From the NCBI GenBank assembly GCA_024762755.1, contig JANTGX010000001.1, positions 1-32,620 on the forward strand: a DNA stretch of 32,620 nt, read 5' to 3'. Position numbers and translations under genes: made by a program. Numbering within the stretch: position 1 is the first letter of the stretch; the number at the start of each line of letters is the position of its first letter. The notes under the pieces are model-generated. The model was not told the origin of the DNA, ran no database searches, and saw only the letters and a program-made list of their open reading frames with translations. Positions 24,934 to 32,620 of the stretch are shown here, piece by piece. This stretch comes from Gammaproteobacteria bacterium (GTDB lineage Bacteria; Pseudomonadota; Gammaproteobacteria; SZUA-152).

Positions 24934-25506
24934 TCAGGATTTATTGCCTGGATCCCTAGTGGCCTGTCCCGGCTGCCAGAGCACGTCGGGGCGGCCGGCG
25001 TGGCGGTTGAGGCATCGGGCGATGACGAACAGCAGATCGGAGAGCCGGTTGAGGTAGCCCAGGGCGGGGCCGGAGACGGGTTCCTGGCGGTGCAGGGCGA
25101 ACAGACGGCGCTCGGCGCGGCGGCAGACGCTGCGCGCCACATGGGCCTGTGCCGCCGCCGGGCTGCCGCCGGGGAGGATGAATTCCTTCAGCGGGGGCAG
25201 CTCGGCGTTGAGTCGGTCGAGGAGCGTCTCCAGCCAGCTCACGTGGGTCGGCTGCAGGGCCTCGCGGCCGGGGATGCTCAATTCGCCGCCGAGGTCGAAG
25301 AGGTGGTGCTGGATGCGCGTCAGGGGCTCGGCGATGTCGTCCGGAAGGGCCTGGCTGAGCAGCACGCCGAGCTGGCTGTTGAGCTCGTCCACCTCGCCAA
25401 TGGCCTCGATGCGTGGCGCCTCCTTGGCGACGCGGCTGCCATCGCCCAGGCCGGTGTCGCCGGCATCGCCGGTGCGGGTGTAGATCTTCGATAGGCGGTG
25501 CCCCAT
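24934..25506 (-). CDS. ATP:cob(I)alamin adenosyltransferase, PduO type
   Basis: 190 aa. The stretches SKIYTRTGDAGDTGL, IEAIGEVDELNS, FILPGGSPAAAQAHVARSVCRRAER and YLNRLSDLLFV form the PduO-type signature. Confidence 0.92.
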   Translation of the reverse strand: MGHRLSKIYTRTGDAGDTGLGDGSRVAKEAPRIEAIGEVDELNSQLGVLLSQALPDDIAEPLTRIQHHLFDLGGELSIPGREALQPTHVSWLETLLDRLNAELPPLKEFILPGGSPAAAQAHVARSVCRRAERRLFALHRQEPVSGPALGYLNRLSDLLFVIARCLNRHAGRPDVLWQPGQATRDPGNKS

Positions 25507-25682
25507 CAGTCGTCCTCCAATCGGCGGCGGTGCTGGGCGATCTCCACCATGGTCTCCAGGCGTACCAGGCGTTTGTCCATGTCGATGGTGCGCGCGGAGA
25601 GCGTCTCGGTGAGGCGGTTGAGGCGTTTCACCTCGTCGCTCAGGGTCAGCATCTCGCGCAGGATCTCCTTCCAGCCGGCCAT
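25506..25682 (-). CDS. Small coiled-coil protein (58 aa), unknown function
   Basis: Sequence MAGWKEILREMLTLSDEVKRLNRLTETLSARTIDMDKRLVRLETMVEIAQHRRRLEDD, with a heptad-like pattern. It has single-nucleotide TGATG-type overlaps with both neighbours (25682 and 25506). It is the tail of track ORF 25506..26195. Confidence 0.6.
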   Translation of the reverse strand: MAGWKEILREMLTLSDEVKRLNRLTETLSARTIDMDKRLVRLETMVEIAQHRRRLEDD

Positions 25683-25966
25683 CAATCGTTCTCCTGCGCG
25701 GGCTCGTTGGCGGAGAGCCTGCGCAGGGCGTCCTCCACGGTGTGATTGGCCCGTCGGGTGGACTCGATGGCCTCCTTCAGACGCTCGGCGACCAGCTCCA
25801 TGAGTGCCTCCGGGGCCTCCTCGTCGGTCTCGCCGGCGGGTTGGTAGGCGTCGATGGCCCGGCGCACCACCTCGGTGGCCGAGATGCCCTCGTTGCGGGA
25901 GATCAGGCTGAGTTTGCTGACATTCTCCTCGGTGACCAGGAATTGCTTGCGCAGGAGTTCGGCCAT
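25682..25966 (-). CDS. Ribbon-helix-helix (CopG/Arc/MetJ-like) domain protein
   Basis: 94 aa from ATG 25966, with GAGGA 9 nt upstream. N-terminal beta-strand plus two helices: KQFLVTEENVSKLSLISRNEGISATEVVRRAIDAY. The tail is acidic. Confidence 0.75.
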   Translation of the reverse strand: MAELLRKQFLVTEENVSKLSLISRNEGISATEVVRRAIDAYQPAGETDEEAPEALMELVAERLKEAIESTRRANHTVEDALRRLSANEPAQEND

Positions 25967-26006
25967 GTCGGTGTCCTCGTCGGTGGCTGCTCGTGGGGAT
26001 GAGAAG

Positions 26007-26035
26007 AGTATAGTTGCCGAAGTCGGCATACACAA
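26007..26035 (-). promoter_or_regulatory. Candidate sigma70 promoter for the RHH/coiled-coil/adenosyltransferase unit
   Basis: The minus strand reads TTGTGT, a 17-nt spacer, then TATACT, about 40 nt upstream of ATG 25966. Pattern match only. Confidence 0.3.
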
Positions 26036-26047
26036 GCACATACATAC

Positions 26048-26794
26048 CTAGTCCGTGCCGAGCAGGGCGAGCAACACCGCGGCCTCGGCCATCTCGGTCA
26101 GGGCGCCGGCCACGTCGCCGGTGCTGCCGCCGAGACGCTGCAGGCTGAGGGCGCGCAGGGCCACGGTCAGGGCGCACACCAGGGCCACGGCCCAAACCCC
26201 GGCCACACCGGCCAGCAGGGGGGCGGCGAGGGCGCTGGCGATGACCGCCGCCCAGGCGGCACGGCGCGGCAGGTGACGGGTGAGTGCGGCGCCGAAGCCA
26301 TCGTCGCGCGCGCTGGGGGTGGTGAGGAAGAGCGCCAGCGCGGCACCGCGGCCGAGGCTCGGGGCGAGCAGCAGGGCCAGTGGCAGGGCGCCGTCCTGGG
26401 TGCTCGTCAGCAGGGCCTGCAGGGCAGCGAACTTGAGGATCAGCAACAGGCCGATGGCGATGACCGCGGCGGCACCCGAGCGGGGGTCCTGCATGATGCG
26501 CAGGCTGCGCGCGCGGTCACCGTGGCCACCCAGCCAGGCATCGGCGCTGTCGCCCAGGCCGTCCAGATGCAGGCCGCCGGTGATTCCCACCCAAAAAACC
26601 AGTAAGAGGGCGGCGAGGACCCCCGGCGGCAGGTCGGCGCCGAGACCCGCCGCGGCCCAGAGCAGGAAGCCGATGAGCAGGCCGACGAGGGGGAAGAACG
26701 GCGCCGAACACCCACCGAGGGCTGCGTCGTAGTGCGTCAGGCGCGGCGTCGGGATGCGGGTGAGGAACTGCAGCGCGGCCCACCAGGCCTTCAT
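26048..26794 (-). CDS. cobS: Adenosylcobinamide-GDP ribazoletransferase (cobalamin synthase)
   Basis: 248 aa from ATG 26794. The stretch [15 protein letters not shown]...GGLHLDGLGDSADAW...RIMQDPRSGA is the CobS signature. ATGA overlap with the cobC stop. Confidence 0.92.
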   Translation of the reverse strand: MKAWWAALQFLTRIPTPRLTHYDAALGGCSAPFFPLVGLLIGFLLWAAAGLGADLPPGVLAALLLVFWVGITGGLHLDGLGDSADAWLGGHGDRARSLRIMQDPRSGAAAVIAIGLLLILKFAALQALLTSTQDGALPLALLLAPSLGRGAALALFLTTPSARDDGFGAALTRHLPRRAAWAAVIASALAAPLLAGVAGVWAVALVCALTVALRALSLQRLGGSTGDVAGALTEMAEAAVLLALLGTD

Positions 26795-27399
26795 GGCTGT
26801 GCCCCATGGGCCACCAGGCGGGCGCTGGGCACGCCGTCCACGCGCGACACATGCAGGCGGCTGCGACAGGCGTAGGGCACCTCCACCTGGTGCAGCTTGA
26901 GCAGCGGGATGCCCAGGATGTGGTGCAGCAGGACGCGGATGGTGCCGCCGTGGGTGACCAGCAACAGGTGCCGCCCGGGCGGTGCCGCCAACAGGGCCTG
27001 CCAGGCGTCGATGGTGCGCGCGGTGAAGTCGCCGAGGGTCTCGCCGCCGTGTGGGGTGTGGCGCACGGGATCGCGCCAAAAGCGGCCCAGGGCGGCGGCC
27101 TCGTGCTGCATCAGGGTGGCGGCGGTGAGGCCCTCCCAGCGACCGAAGTCGATCTCCGTCAGGCCCGGCGCCAGCAGCAGTGGCAGCCGGTGGCGCGCGG
27201 CCAGGCGCTCGGCGAAGGCCCGGCAGCGGCTCAGGGGCGAGCTGACCAGGGCGTCCCAGGGGCAGTCACCGTGCAGGGCGCGGTACATCTGCAGCCAGCC
27301 GCGGCCGGTGAGGGGGTCGTCGGTCTGCCCGCGGTAGCGTGGTCCGCCGCAGGGTTCGCCGTGGCGCAGCAGGTCGACGATCAGCGACGGCCCGCTCAC
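26791..27399 (-). CDS. cobC: Alpha-ribazole phosphatase (histidine phosphatase family)
   Basis: 202 aa from GTG 27399, which overlaps the cobT stop as GTGA. Motifs [16 protein letters not shown] and LLVTHGG are present. The rest of track ORF 26791..28293 is off-frame over cobT. Confidence 0.85.
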   Translation of the reverse strand: MSGPSLIVDLLRHGEPCGGPRYRGQTDDPLTGRGWLQMYRALHGDCPWDALVSSPLSRCRAFAERLAARHRLPLLLAPGLTEIDFGRWEGLTAATLMQHEAAALGRFWRDPVRHTPHGGETLGDFTARTIDAWQALLAAPPGRHLLLVTHGGTIRVLLHHILGIPLLKLHQVEVPYACRSRLHVSRVDGVPSARLVAHGAQP

Positions 27400-28457
27400 G
27401 ACGGCGTCGGGGTGTCGCTCACCCCCGCCTCGGCGAAGGTGGCCATGTCCCGATGCAGGGCGCAGGCCTGGCGCAGCAGGGGCACGGCCAGCGCGGCGCC
27501 GCTGCCTTCGCCCAGGCGCAGGCCGAGGTCGAGCAGGGGCTCGGCGCACAAGGCCTCGAGCACACGCCGGTGACCGGGCTCGGCCGAGCGGTGGGCGAAC
27601 AACAGCCAATCGCGCACCGTCGGCTGGATGCGCACGGCGAGCAGGGCGGCGACGCTGGTGATGAAGCCGTCGACCAGGGCCGGCAGCCCGCGCTGCGCCG
27701 CGGCGATATAGCTGCCGGTGAGGGCGGCGATCTCGAAGCCACCCAGGCGGCGCAGGATCTCGAGGGGATCGTCGCCGGCCCCGGCGTGGCGATCCACGGC
27801 CTGCTGCACGATGGCCGCCTTGCGCGCCACGCCGGCGGCGTCCAGGCCGGTGCCGGGGCCGGTGAGGGCACTGGCCGGCAGGCCGAGCAGGGCGCAGGCG
27901 CAGGCGCTGGCACTGGCGGTGTTGCCGATGCCCATCTCGCCGCCGAGCAGGAGCTGCGCGCCGGTGTTCAGCGCGCGCTGCACCGCCTGGCGCCCGGCGT
28001 ACAGGGCGCTGGCACACTGCTCGGTGGTCATGGCGGGGCCGAGCAGGGCGTTGGCCGTGCCGGGCCCCAGGTGTACCCGCTGCACATCGGCCAGGGGGCC
28101 GGGGTCGTTGACGCAGCCCAGATCGACCACCTCCAGGCGGGCGCCGAGGCCGCGCGCGAGGACGTTGATGGCGGCCCCGCCGCGGGCGAAGTTCTTCACC
28201 ATCTCGCCGGTGACCGCCTGCGGGAAGGCCGATACCCCGGCCTCGGCCAGGCCGTGATCGGCGGCGAAGACGCAGATGGCGACCCGCTCGCAACTAGGGC
28301 TAGCACTGGCCTGGCGAGCGGCCAGCCAGATGGCCAGATCCTCCAGTCGGCCCAATGCCCCCGGCGGCTTGGTGAGCTGCCGCTGATGGGCCTCGGCGGC
28401 GGCCCCGGCAGCGGGGTCGAGGGCGGCGGCGGGGCGCTGCAGCCAGTCTTCGTTCAT
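27396..28457 (-). CDS. cobT: Nicotinate-nucleotide--dimethylbenzimidazole phosphoribosyltransferase
   Basis: 353 aa. The stretches [30 protein letters not shown] and GGFEIAA form the CobT signature. Confidence 0.95.
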   Translation of the reverse strand: MNEDWLQRPAAALDPAAGAAAEAHQRQLTKPPGALGRLEDLAIWLAARQASASPSCERVAICVFAADHGLAEAGVSAFPQAVTGEMVKNFARGGAAINVLARGLGARLEVVDLGCVNDPGPLADVQRVHLGPGTANALLGPAMTTEQCASALYAGRQAVQRALNTGAQLLLGGEMGIGNTASASACACALLGLPASALTGPGTGLDAAGVARKAAIVQQAVDRHAGAGDDPLEILRRLGGFEIAALTGSYIAAAQRGLPALVDGFITSVAALLAVRIQPTVRDWLLFAHRSAEPGHRRVLEALCAEPLLDLGLRLGEGSGAALAVPLLRQACALHRDMATFAEAGVSDTPTPS

Positions 28458-28487
28458 GGCGTGTTCCTCGTCGATGGGGGCGCCGGG

Positions 28488-28997
28488 TCAGCCCGGCGCC
28501 GGTTTCAGGGTCAATGGCAGGCCGGCGGCGCACAGGGTGACGCGGTCGCAGAGGGCGGCGAGGTCCTGGTGCAGACGGCCGTTTTCGTCGACGAAGCGGC
28601 GCGTCAGGCGACCCAAGGGGATGACCCCGAGGCCCACCTCGTTGCCTACCAGGATGAGCCGGCCGGGCAAGTGTGGGAGGCTCGTCAACAGGGCCCGTCG
28701 GTGGGCCGCGAAATCGTCGGCGAGGACGTTGTTCAGCCACAGGGTGAGGCAGTCCACCAGCAGGCAGCGGTCGGCGGCGGCCTCGGCGCGCAGGGCGCCG
28801 GCCAGGTCCCGGGGCTCCTCCACGGTGCGCCAGTGGGCGGGGCGTTCGGCGCGGTGACGGGCGATGCGCGTGGCCATCTCCTCGTCCTCCGCACTGGCCG
28901 TGGCGATGACGCAGACCGCCAGGCCGCTGTCCGCGGCGCGTTGCTGGGCCAGGCGACTCTTGCCCGAACGAGCGCCGCCGAGGATCAGCTCGCGCAT
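28488..28997 (-). CDS. cobU: Bifunctional adenosylcobinamide kinase / adenosylcobinamide-phosphate guanylyltransferase
   Basis: 169 aa from ATG 28997. The stretches MRELILGGARSGKSRLA (P-loop), VDCLTLWLNN and LVGNEVGLGVIP form the CobU/CobP signature. Confidence 0.92.
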   Translation of the reverse strand: MRELILGGARSGKSRLAQQRAADSGLAVCVIATASAEDEEMATRIARHRAERPAHWRTVEEPRDLAGALRAEAAADRCLLVDCLTLWLNNVLADDFAAHRRALLTSLPHLPGRLILVGNEVGLGVIPLGRLTRRFVDENGRLHQDLAALCDRVTLCAAGLPLTLKPAPG

Positions 28998-29035
28998 GGC
29001 GCTATACTGCCGTCGATCACGCGTCGGGAGACCCC

Positions 29036-29935
29036 ATGCAGCACGCCGCCATCCTGTTGTTCTGCCTGCTTTCCGTGGCCTTGCCATGGTCGCCGCCAGC
29101 CGCCGCCGGCCCCCTCGAGGTGACCGACGACAGCGGCGAGACGGTACGCCTCGCGCGGCCGGCGCAGCGCATCGTCAGCCTCGCGCCACACGCCACCGAG
29201 CTGTTGTTCAGCGCCGGCGCCGGCGATCGCGTGGTGGGGGTGGTGGACTACAGCGACTATCCGCCCGCGGCGCGCCGCCTGCCGCGCGTCGGCGGCTACA
29301 ATGCGCTGGACCTGGAGGCCATCCTCGCCCTGCGCCCGGACTTGGTGGTGGGCTGGGCCAGCGGCAACCCGCCGGGCCTGGCCGAGCAGTTGCGCGGCCT
29401 GGGGCTGACGGTGTTCCTCAGCGAGCCGCGTCGGTTGGAGGACATCGCCAGCAACCTGCAACGCCTCGGTCGCCTGGCCGGTACCGAGGTCGTGGCCTCG
29501 CGCGTTGCCGCCGACTTCCGCCGGCGTCTGCAGGATCTGCGCGCGCGCTACGCCGAGCGGCCGCCGGTGCGTGTGTTCTACCAGATCTGGCATCGCCCAC
29601 TGCTGACGATCAACGGCGAACACCTGATCAGCAAGGTGATTCGCCTGTGCGGCGGGCGCAACGTCTTCGCCGATCTGCCGGTATTGGTGCCCACCCTGGA
29701 CATCGAGGCGGTGTTGGCGGCGGACCCGGAGGTCATCGTGCGCGGTGTGCGTGCCGACGCCGACGAGGACTGGACCGCCTTCTGGCGGCGCTGGCCACAG
29801 CTGCGTGCGGTGCGCGAGGGCCAGCTCATCGGTCTGCCGGCCGACTTGCTGCAGCGCCCCACGCTGCGCCTGCTGGAGGGCGCGCAACAGCTGTGCGAGG
29901 CCCTGGAGACGGTGCGCCGGCATCGGTCGCCGTGA
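29036..29935 (+). CDS. btuF: Periplasmic cobalamin-binding protein (BtuF-like, ABC substrate-binding cluster A)
   Basis: 299 aa. Signal peptide, then RIVSLAPHATELLFSAGAGDRVVGV..YSDYP, ALRPDLVV and the C-terminal LQRPTLRLLEGAQQLC, as in BtuF. The context is B12 genes. Confidence 0.8.
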   Translation: MQHAAILLFCLLSVALPWSPPAAAGPLEVTDDSGETVRLARPAQRIVSLAPHATELLFSAGAGDRVVGVVDYSDYPPAARRLPRVGGYNALDLEAILALRPDLVVGWASGNPPGLAEQLRGLGLTVFLSEPRRLEDIASNLQRLGRLAGTEVVASRVAADFRRRLQDLRARYAERPPVRVFYQIWHRPLLTINGEHLISKVIRLCGGRNVFADLPVLVPTLDIEAVLAADPEVIVRGVRADADEDWTAFWRRWPQLRAVREGQLIGLPADLLQRPTLRLLEGAQQLCEALETVRRHRSP

Positions 29936-29993
29936 GGCCCCGCGCTTGTCCGGGCTGCGTCGAGTCCCATGCCGACCGTGCGGCGCCACGGGC

Positions 29994-30860
29994 TCAACCC
30001 GCCTGCAGCCGGTAGATCACCGGCAGACGCAGTTGCAGAGGGGCGAAGTCCGCCGGCAGGGGCAGGCGCTCCACCCGGTGCAGGGCGCGCAGGGCGGCCC
30101 GATCCAGCACCGCGTGGCCGGAGCTGTGCAGCAGCCGGATGTCGCGTAGCCGGCCGTCGGCATCGATGCGCAGGCCCAGCAGCACCTCCCCCTCCCAACC
30201 GCGCCGCCGCGCCCGCGGCGGATAGGTCAGGTGGCGCGCCAGGCGGCTGCGCAACGCGCCGAGTAATTGATTGCGCAGGGCCTCGCGGCGGGCCGACTGG
30301 GTGTCGGCTGCGGCGGCGGGCTTCGAGCGGCTCGCCTCGCCCATTGCGCCGACGGGGGACGCCTCGGTGGGCATTGCCGCGACGCTGGGCGTTGCTGCCC
30401 GGGCCCTGGTCGGCCGCGGTGGCGGCTTGGCCGGTGGCGCGAGGGGGCGTCGGGCGGGTTTGTCGATATCTGCAGCGGCGGCCTTTGCTGCCCGCGGCTC
30501 GGCCGGGCCAGCGATCCTGCTCGATGCCCGACCGGCGGCCTTCGGTGTGGGGCTCTCCTCGGCGGATGGCTGGGTCTCTGCCGTGCTGTCTTCTCCGGCA
30601 TGCGCTTTGGTGCCCTCTCCAAATCGCTCCCCAGGCCTCTCGCCCATGCCTTCCCCGGCAGGCTCCCCGGCCTGCGACTGGGGAGTGAGCACGGCACGGA
30701 TGTAGGGTGCGCCGAGGGCGGCCGGCGGCACGGCCGGGCCTCGTCCGGCCAGCAGCAGGGCGTGCAGCAGCAGGGAGAGCACGACGAAGCCCAACAGGCG
30801 CCAGGGCGGCCCCGCGGGTGACGCGGGCGCGCCCTGCGCCATGCCTCCGCCGGGTGTCAT
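29994..30860 (-). CDS. tonB: TonB family energy transducer
   Basis: 288 aa. N-terminal TM (LLGFVVLSLLLHALLLAG), a Pro/Ala/Glu-rich linker and a C-terminal domain (YPPRARRRGWEGEVLLGLRIDADGRLRDIRLLHSSGHAVLDRAAL). It lies directly downstream of the TonB-dependent receptor. Met7 (30842) is an alternative start. Confidence 0.8.
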   Translation of the reverse strand: MTPGGGMAQGAPASPAGPPWRLLGFVVLSLLLHALLLAGRGPAVPPAALGAPYIRAVLTPQSQAGEPAGEGMGERPGERFGEGTKAHAGEDSTAETQPSAEESPTPKAAGRASSRIAGPAEPRAAKAAAADIDKPARRPLAPPAKPPPRPTRARAATPSVAAMPTEASPVGAMGEASRSKPAAAADTQSARREALRNQLLGALRSRLARHLTYPPRARRRGWEGEVLLGLRIDADGRLRDIRLLHSSGHAVLDRAALRALHRVERLPLPADFAPLQLRLPVIYRLQAG

Positions 30861-30902
30861 CTCAACGTCACCGCGCCCGCCTGCGCCACTGTCTCGCGCC
30901 GC

Positions 30903-32620
30903 CTAGAGTTTGGCGCCGAGCTGCAGGTAGAAGGCGCGCTCGGGCAGCGGGTAGTAGTAATAGGGATTGGGCTTGCTGCCGCGATAGAAACCGCTGTCGG
31001 CGGTCTTCACGTCGGTCAGGTTCTGCACCAGCAGGCGCGCGTGCCAGCGGCCCATGTCGTGGCGATAGCTGAGGTCCACGCGGGTGTAGGGCGACATCCG
31101 CTTGCCGGCATTGCCGTCGTCATTGCCGAAGTAGCGGCTGCCGGTGTAGATCACGTCCAGGCCCAGCCGCTGGTTCTGGGCGAGGTCGAACTGCTGGCCG
31201 AGGGTGAATTTGCTGCGCGGCACGAGGGGTACCTCCTTGCCCTCGTGACTGCCGGCACGGTAGGTGGCGTGGCGCCAGGCATAGCCGGCCTCGAGGGTGT
31301 AGGCGTCACCCACGGGCAGGCGCATATTCCAGTCGAGGCCGTCACGGCGGGTCTTGTCCAGGTTGACGTTGGCGAAGCTGGCCAGGTCGTAGGCGATCTC
31401 GTCTTCCAGGTTCATGCGGAACAGGCGGAGGCTGGTCTGCAGGCCGTTGGCGTAGTGGGCGCGTGTGCCGATCTCGTAATGGCGCGCGGACTGCGGCTTG
31501 ATCAGGCTCAGGTCGCCGCTGCTGTAGTTCCACATCTCGTCGAGTACGGGGGCGCGGAAGCTCTTGGCCACGCGCAGGTAGTTGGTGGCGCCGTAGTTGT
31601 GGCGGTGGCTGAGGCTGATGTCCCACACGTTGATGCCGTCGCGGCGACGGTCGTTGCCACTGCTCACCTGGTCGGCCTTGACCCGGATCCACTGCCGGCG
31701 CAGGCCCAGGTTGAGCTGGCTCCGTTCGCCGAGGGCGATGGCGTCGGTAAGGTAGAGGCCGTCGCTGTCCTGCTTCACCTGCTGGCGGTTGTCGCTGTTG
31801 AAGAACGGGCTGCGATAGGTGGAGCTGGCATCGAGGTCGCTGCGGTAGAGGTCGACGCCGCCGATCAGGGCGTGGCGGCCATAGTGGCGCTTGACCCGCG
31901 GGGTGAGGGAGAGGGTGCGCAGGTCGCCCTTGCTGTCGAAGATGCCACCGAAATCGTCCGGCGCGTGATAGGCCTGGTGTTTGTTGCGCAGGGCCAGCTC
32001 GGCGGCGTAGCCCGCGTCCTCGACGAACAGCTCCGTGGTGTAGCGGTGCTCGCGGGCCTTGTCGCGGGCATTGGACTGGGTGGGATCCGCCTGGTATTCC
32101 GGCTCATTGAGGGAGCCGGGGAGTTCGAGGATCTCGCGATTGGCATTGAGGCGCAGGCCGGCCACGGCGTCGCCCCACTGATGGCTGAGCTCGCCCATGA
32201 GCGAGAGGTCTTCCTGGGCATTGTTGTCACGATAGCCGTCGGATTTGAGGCCGTCGAGGGCGAGGGACAGGGCGCTGTCACCGGCCATCTGCTGCAGGTT
32301 GGCGCGCAGGCGGCGGGTCTGGAAGCTGCCATATTGGAGCTCGGCACTGGCCGCCTCGCCGTCGAAGGCGCTCTTGGTGACGATGTTGATGACGCCGCTC
32401 ACTGCGTTGTCGCCATACAGCACGCTGGCGCTGCCCTGCACGATTTCGATGCGCTCGATGCTCTCCAGGGGGATGGCGGCGAGGTTGGCGCCCTGCAGGT
32501 CGAGGTCGTTGAGGCGGCGGCCATTGAGCAGGATCAGGGTGTTGCTGGTGCCGTTCTCGCCGAAGCCGCCGAGGTCCACGCGGTCGCGCGCGCCGTTGAT
32601 GCCGAACAGGCTGGAGACGC
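30903..32620 (-). CDS. TonB-dependent outer-membrane receptor, N-terminus outside the window (BtuB-like by context)
   Basis: The plug segment LILLNGRRLND...IERIEIVQGSASVLYGDNAVSGVINIVTK is followed by a long beta-barrel region. The frame stays open to 32620, so the listed Met at 32579 is not the start. Cobalamin specificity is inferred only from the neighbouring genes. Confidence 0.85.
   Translation of the reverse strand, partial: VSSLFGINGARDRVDLGGFGENGTSNTLILLNGRRLNDLDLQGANLAAIPLESIERIEIVQGSASVLYGDNAVSGVINIVTKSAFDGEAASAELQYGSFQTRRLRANLQQMAGDSALSLALDGLKSDGYRDNNAQEDLSLMGELSHQWGDAVAGLRLNANREILELPGSLNEPEYQADPTQSNARDKAREHRYTTELFVEDAGYAAELALRNKHQAYHAPDDFGGIFDSKGDLRTLSLTPRVKRHYGRHALIGGVDLYRSDLDASSTYRSPFFNSDNRQQVKQDSDGLYLTDAIALGERSQLNLGLRRQWIRVKADQVSSGNDRRRDGINVWDISLSHRHNYGATNYLRVAKSFRAPVLDEMWNYSSGDLSLIKPQSARHYEIGTRAHYANGLQTSLRLFRMNLEDEIAYDLASFANVNLDKTRRDGLDWNMRLPVGDAYTLEAGYAWRHATYRAGSHEGKEVPLVPRSKFTLGQQFDLAQNQRLGLDVIYTGSRYFGNDDGNAGKRMSPYTRVDLSYRHDMGRWHARLLVQNLTDVKTADSGFYRGSKPNPYYYYPLPERAFYLQLGAKL

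Larger units (their letters stand above)
18790..24955. other. Low-G+C genomic island (compositional call, no mobility genes detected)
   Basis: Spot counts of single 60-nt lines give 42% (20521) and 47% (22021) G+C inside, versus 68% outside (10021). The transitions are abrupt, near 18790-18800 and 24950-24960. The island holds one giant ORF plus about 440 nt and about 600 nt of AT-rich non-coding flanks. Confidence 0.75.

Noticed and set aside
26791-28293. 500-aa ORF and 343-aa ORF 26048..27079, taken at face value
   Set aside because: Only the C-terminal 202 aa (CobC, from GTG 27399) and 248 aa (CobS, from ATG 26794) carry family motifs. The N-terminal parts are Arg/Pro-rich read-through overlapping the upstream genes in another frame.
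28998-29035. Cobalamin riboswitch in B12-locus leaders (also looked at 25967-26047 and 30861-30902, where GCCACTG occurs on the plus strand)
   Set aside because: The regions are only 38-80 nt long, far too short for the element. The GCCACTG match is on the wrong strand for the genes there and lacks the rest of the B12-box context.
27339-29123. 594-aa plus-strand ORF, with the similar ORFs 28864..30015, 28985..29989 and 29578..30198
   Set aside because: They are antisense to, or out of frame with, cobT, cobU and btuF, all of which have unmistakable motifs. Their translations are Gly/Ala/Arg-rich with no recognisable domain.

Overview
High-G+C (about 68% by spot count) proteobacterial chromosome segment, probably gammaproteobacterial; this is inferred from gene content only. 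All family calls come from motifs read by eye in the supplied translations. No BLAST or HMM search was run. Contents from left to right are as follows. (1) Housekeeping and transport genes: a partial membrane protein, typA/bipA, an orphan ModA-like periplasmic binding protein, an ABC-2 exporter pair, DUF2835 and an FMN reductase. (2) A pentapeptide-repeat gene coupled to a membrane protein with a degenerate GGDEF domain. (3) A co-directional, translationally coupled nine-gene envelope cluster at 9341-17828. It has three TPR proteins (two of them lipoproteins), a small secreted protein, one MotA/TolQ/ExbB channel, two ExbD/TolR paralogs and a TonB-like protein with a Lys/Pro/Glu linker. It has no outer-membrane receptor. 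It resembles the conserved, functionally unassigned core related to the Myxococcus Agl-Glt machinery, and I rate it the most interesting system in the window. (4) A perfect heptanucleotide microsatellite sits between two convergent stop codons. (5) An HExxH SprA-related protein is paired with a 74-aa protein. (6) A roughly 6.2-kb low-G+C island (about 42-47% by spot count) has no mobility genes. It consists almost entirely of one giant ORF that reads as two complete secreted-protein architectures joined without a stop codon, and the ORF ends in a GlyGly-CTERM-like tail. (7) A cobalamin salvage and uptake locus: a PduO-type adenosyltransferase preceded by a coupled RHH protein and a 58-aa coiled-coil protein, then cobS-cobC-cobT-cobU, btuF, tonB and a partial TonB-dependent receptor. 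Many long R/A/G/P-rich ORFs in the track are antisense or off-frame artefacts of the high G+C and were rejected.
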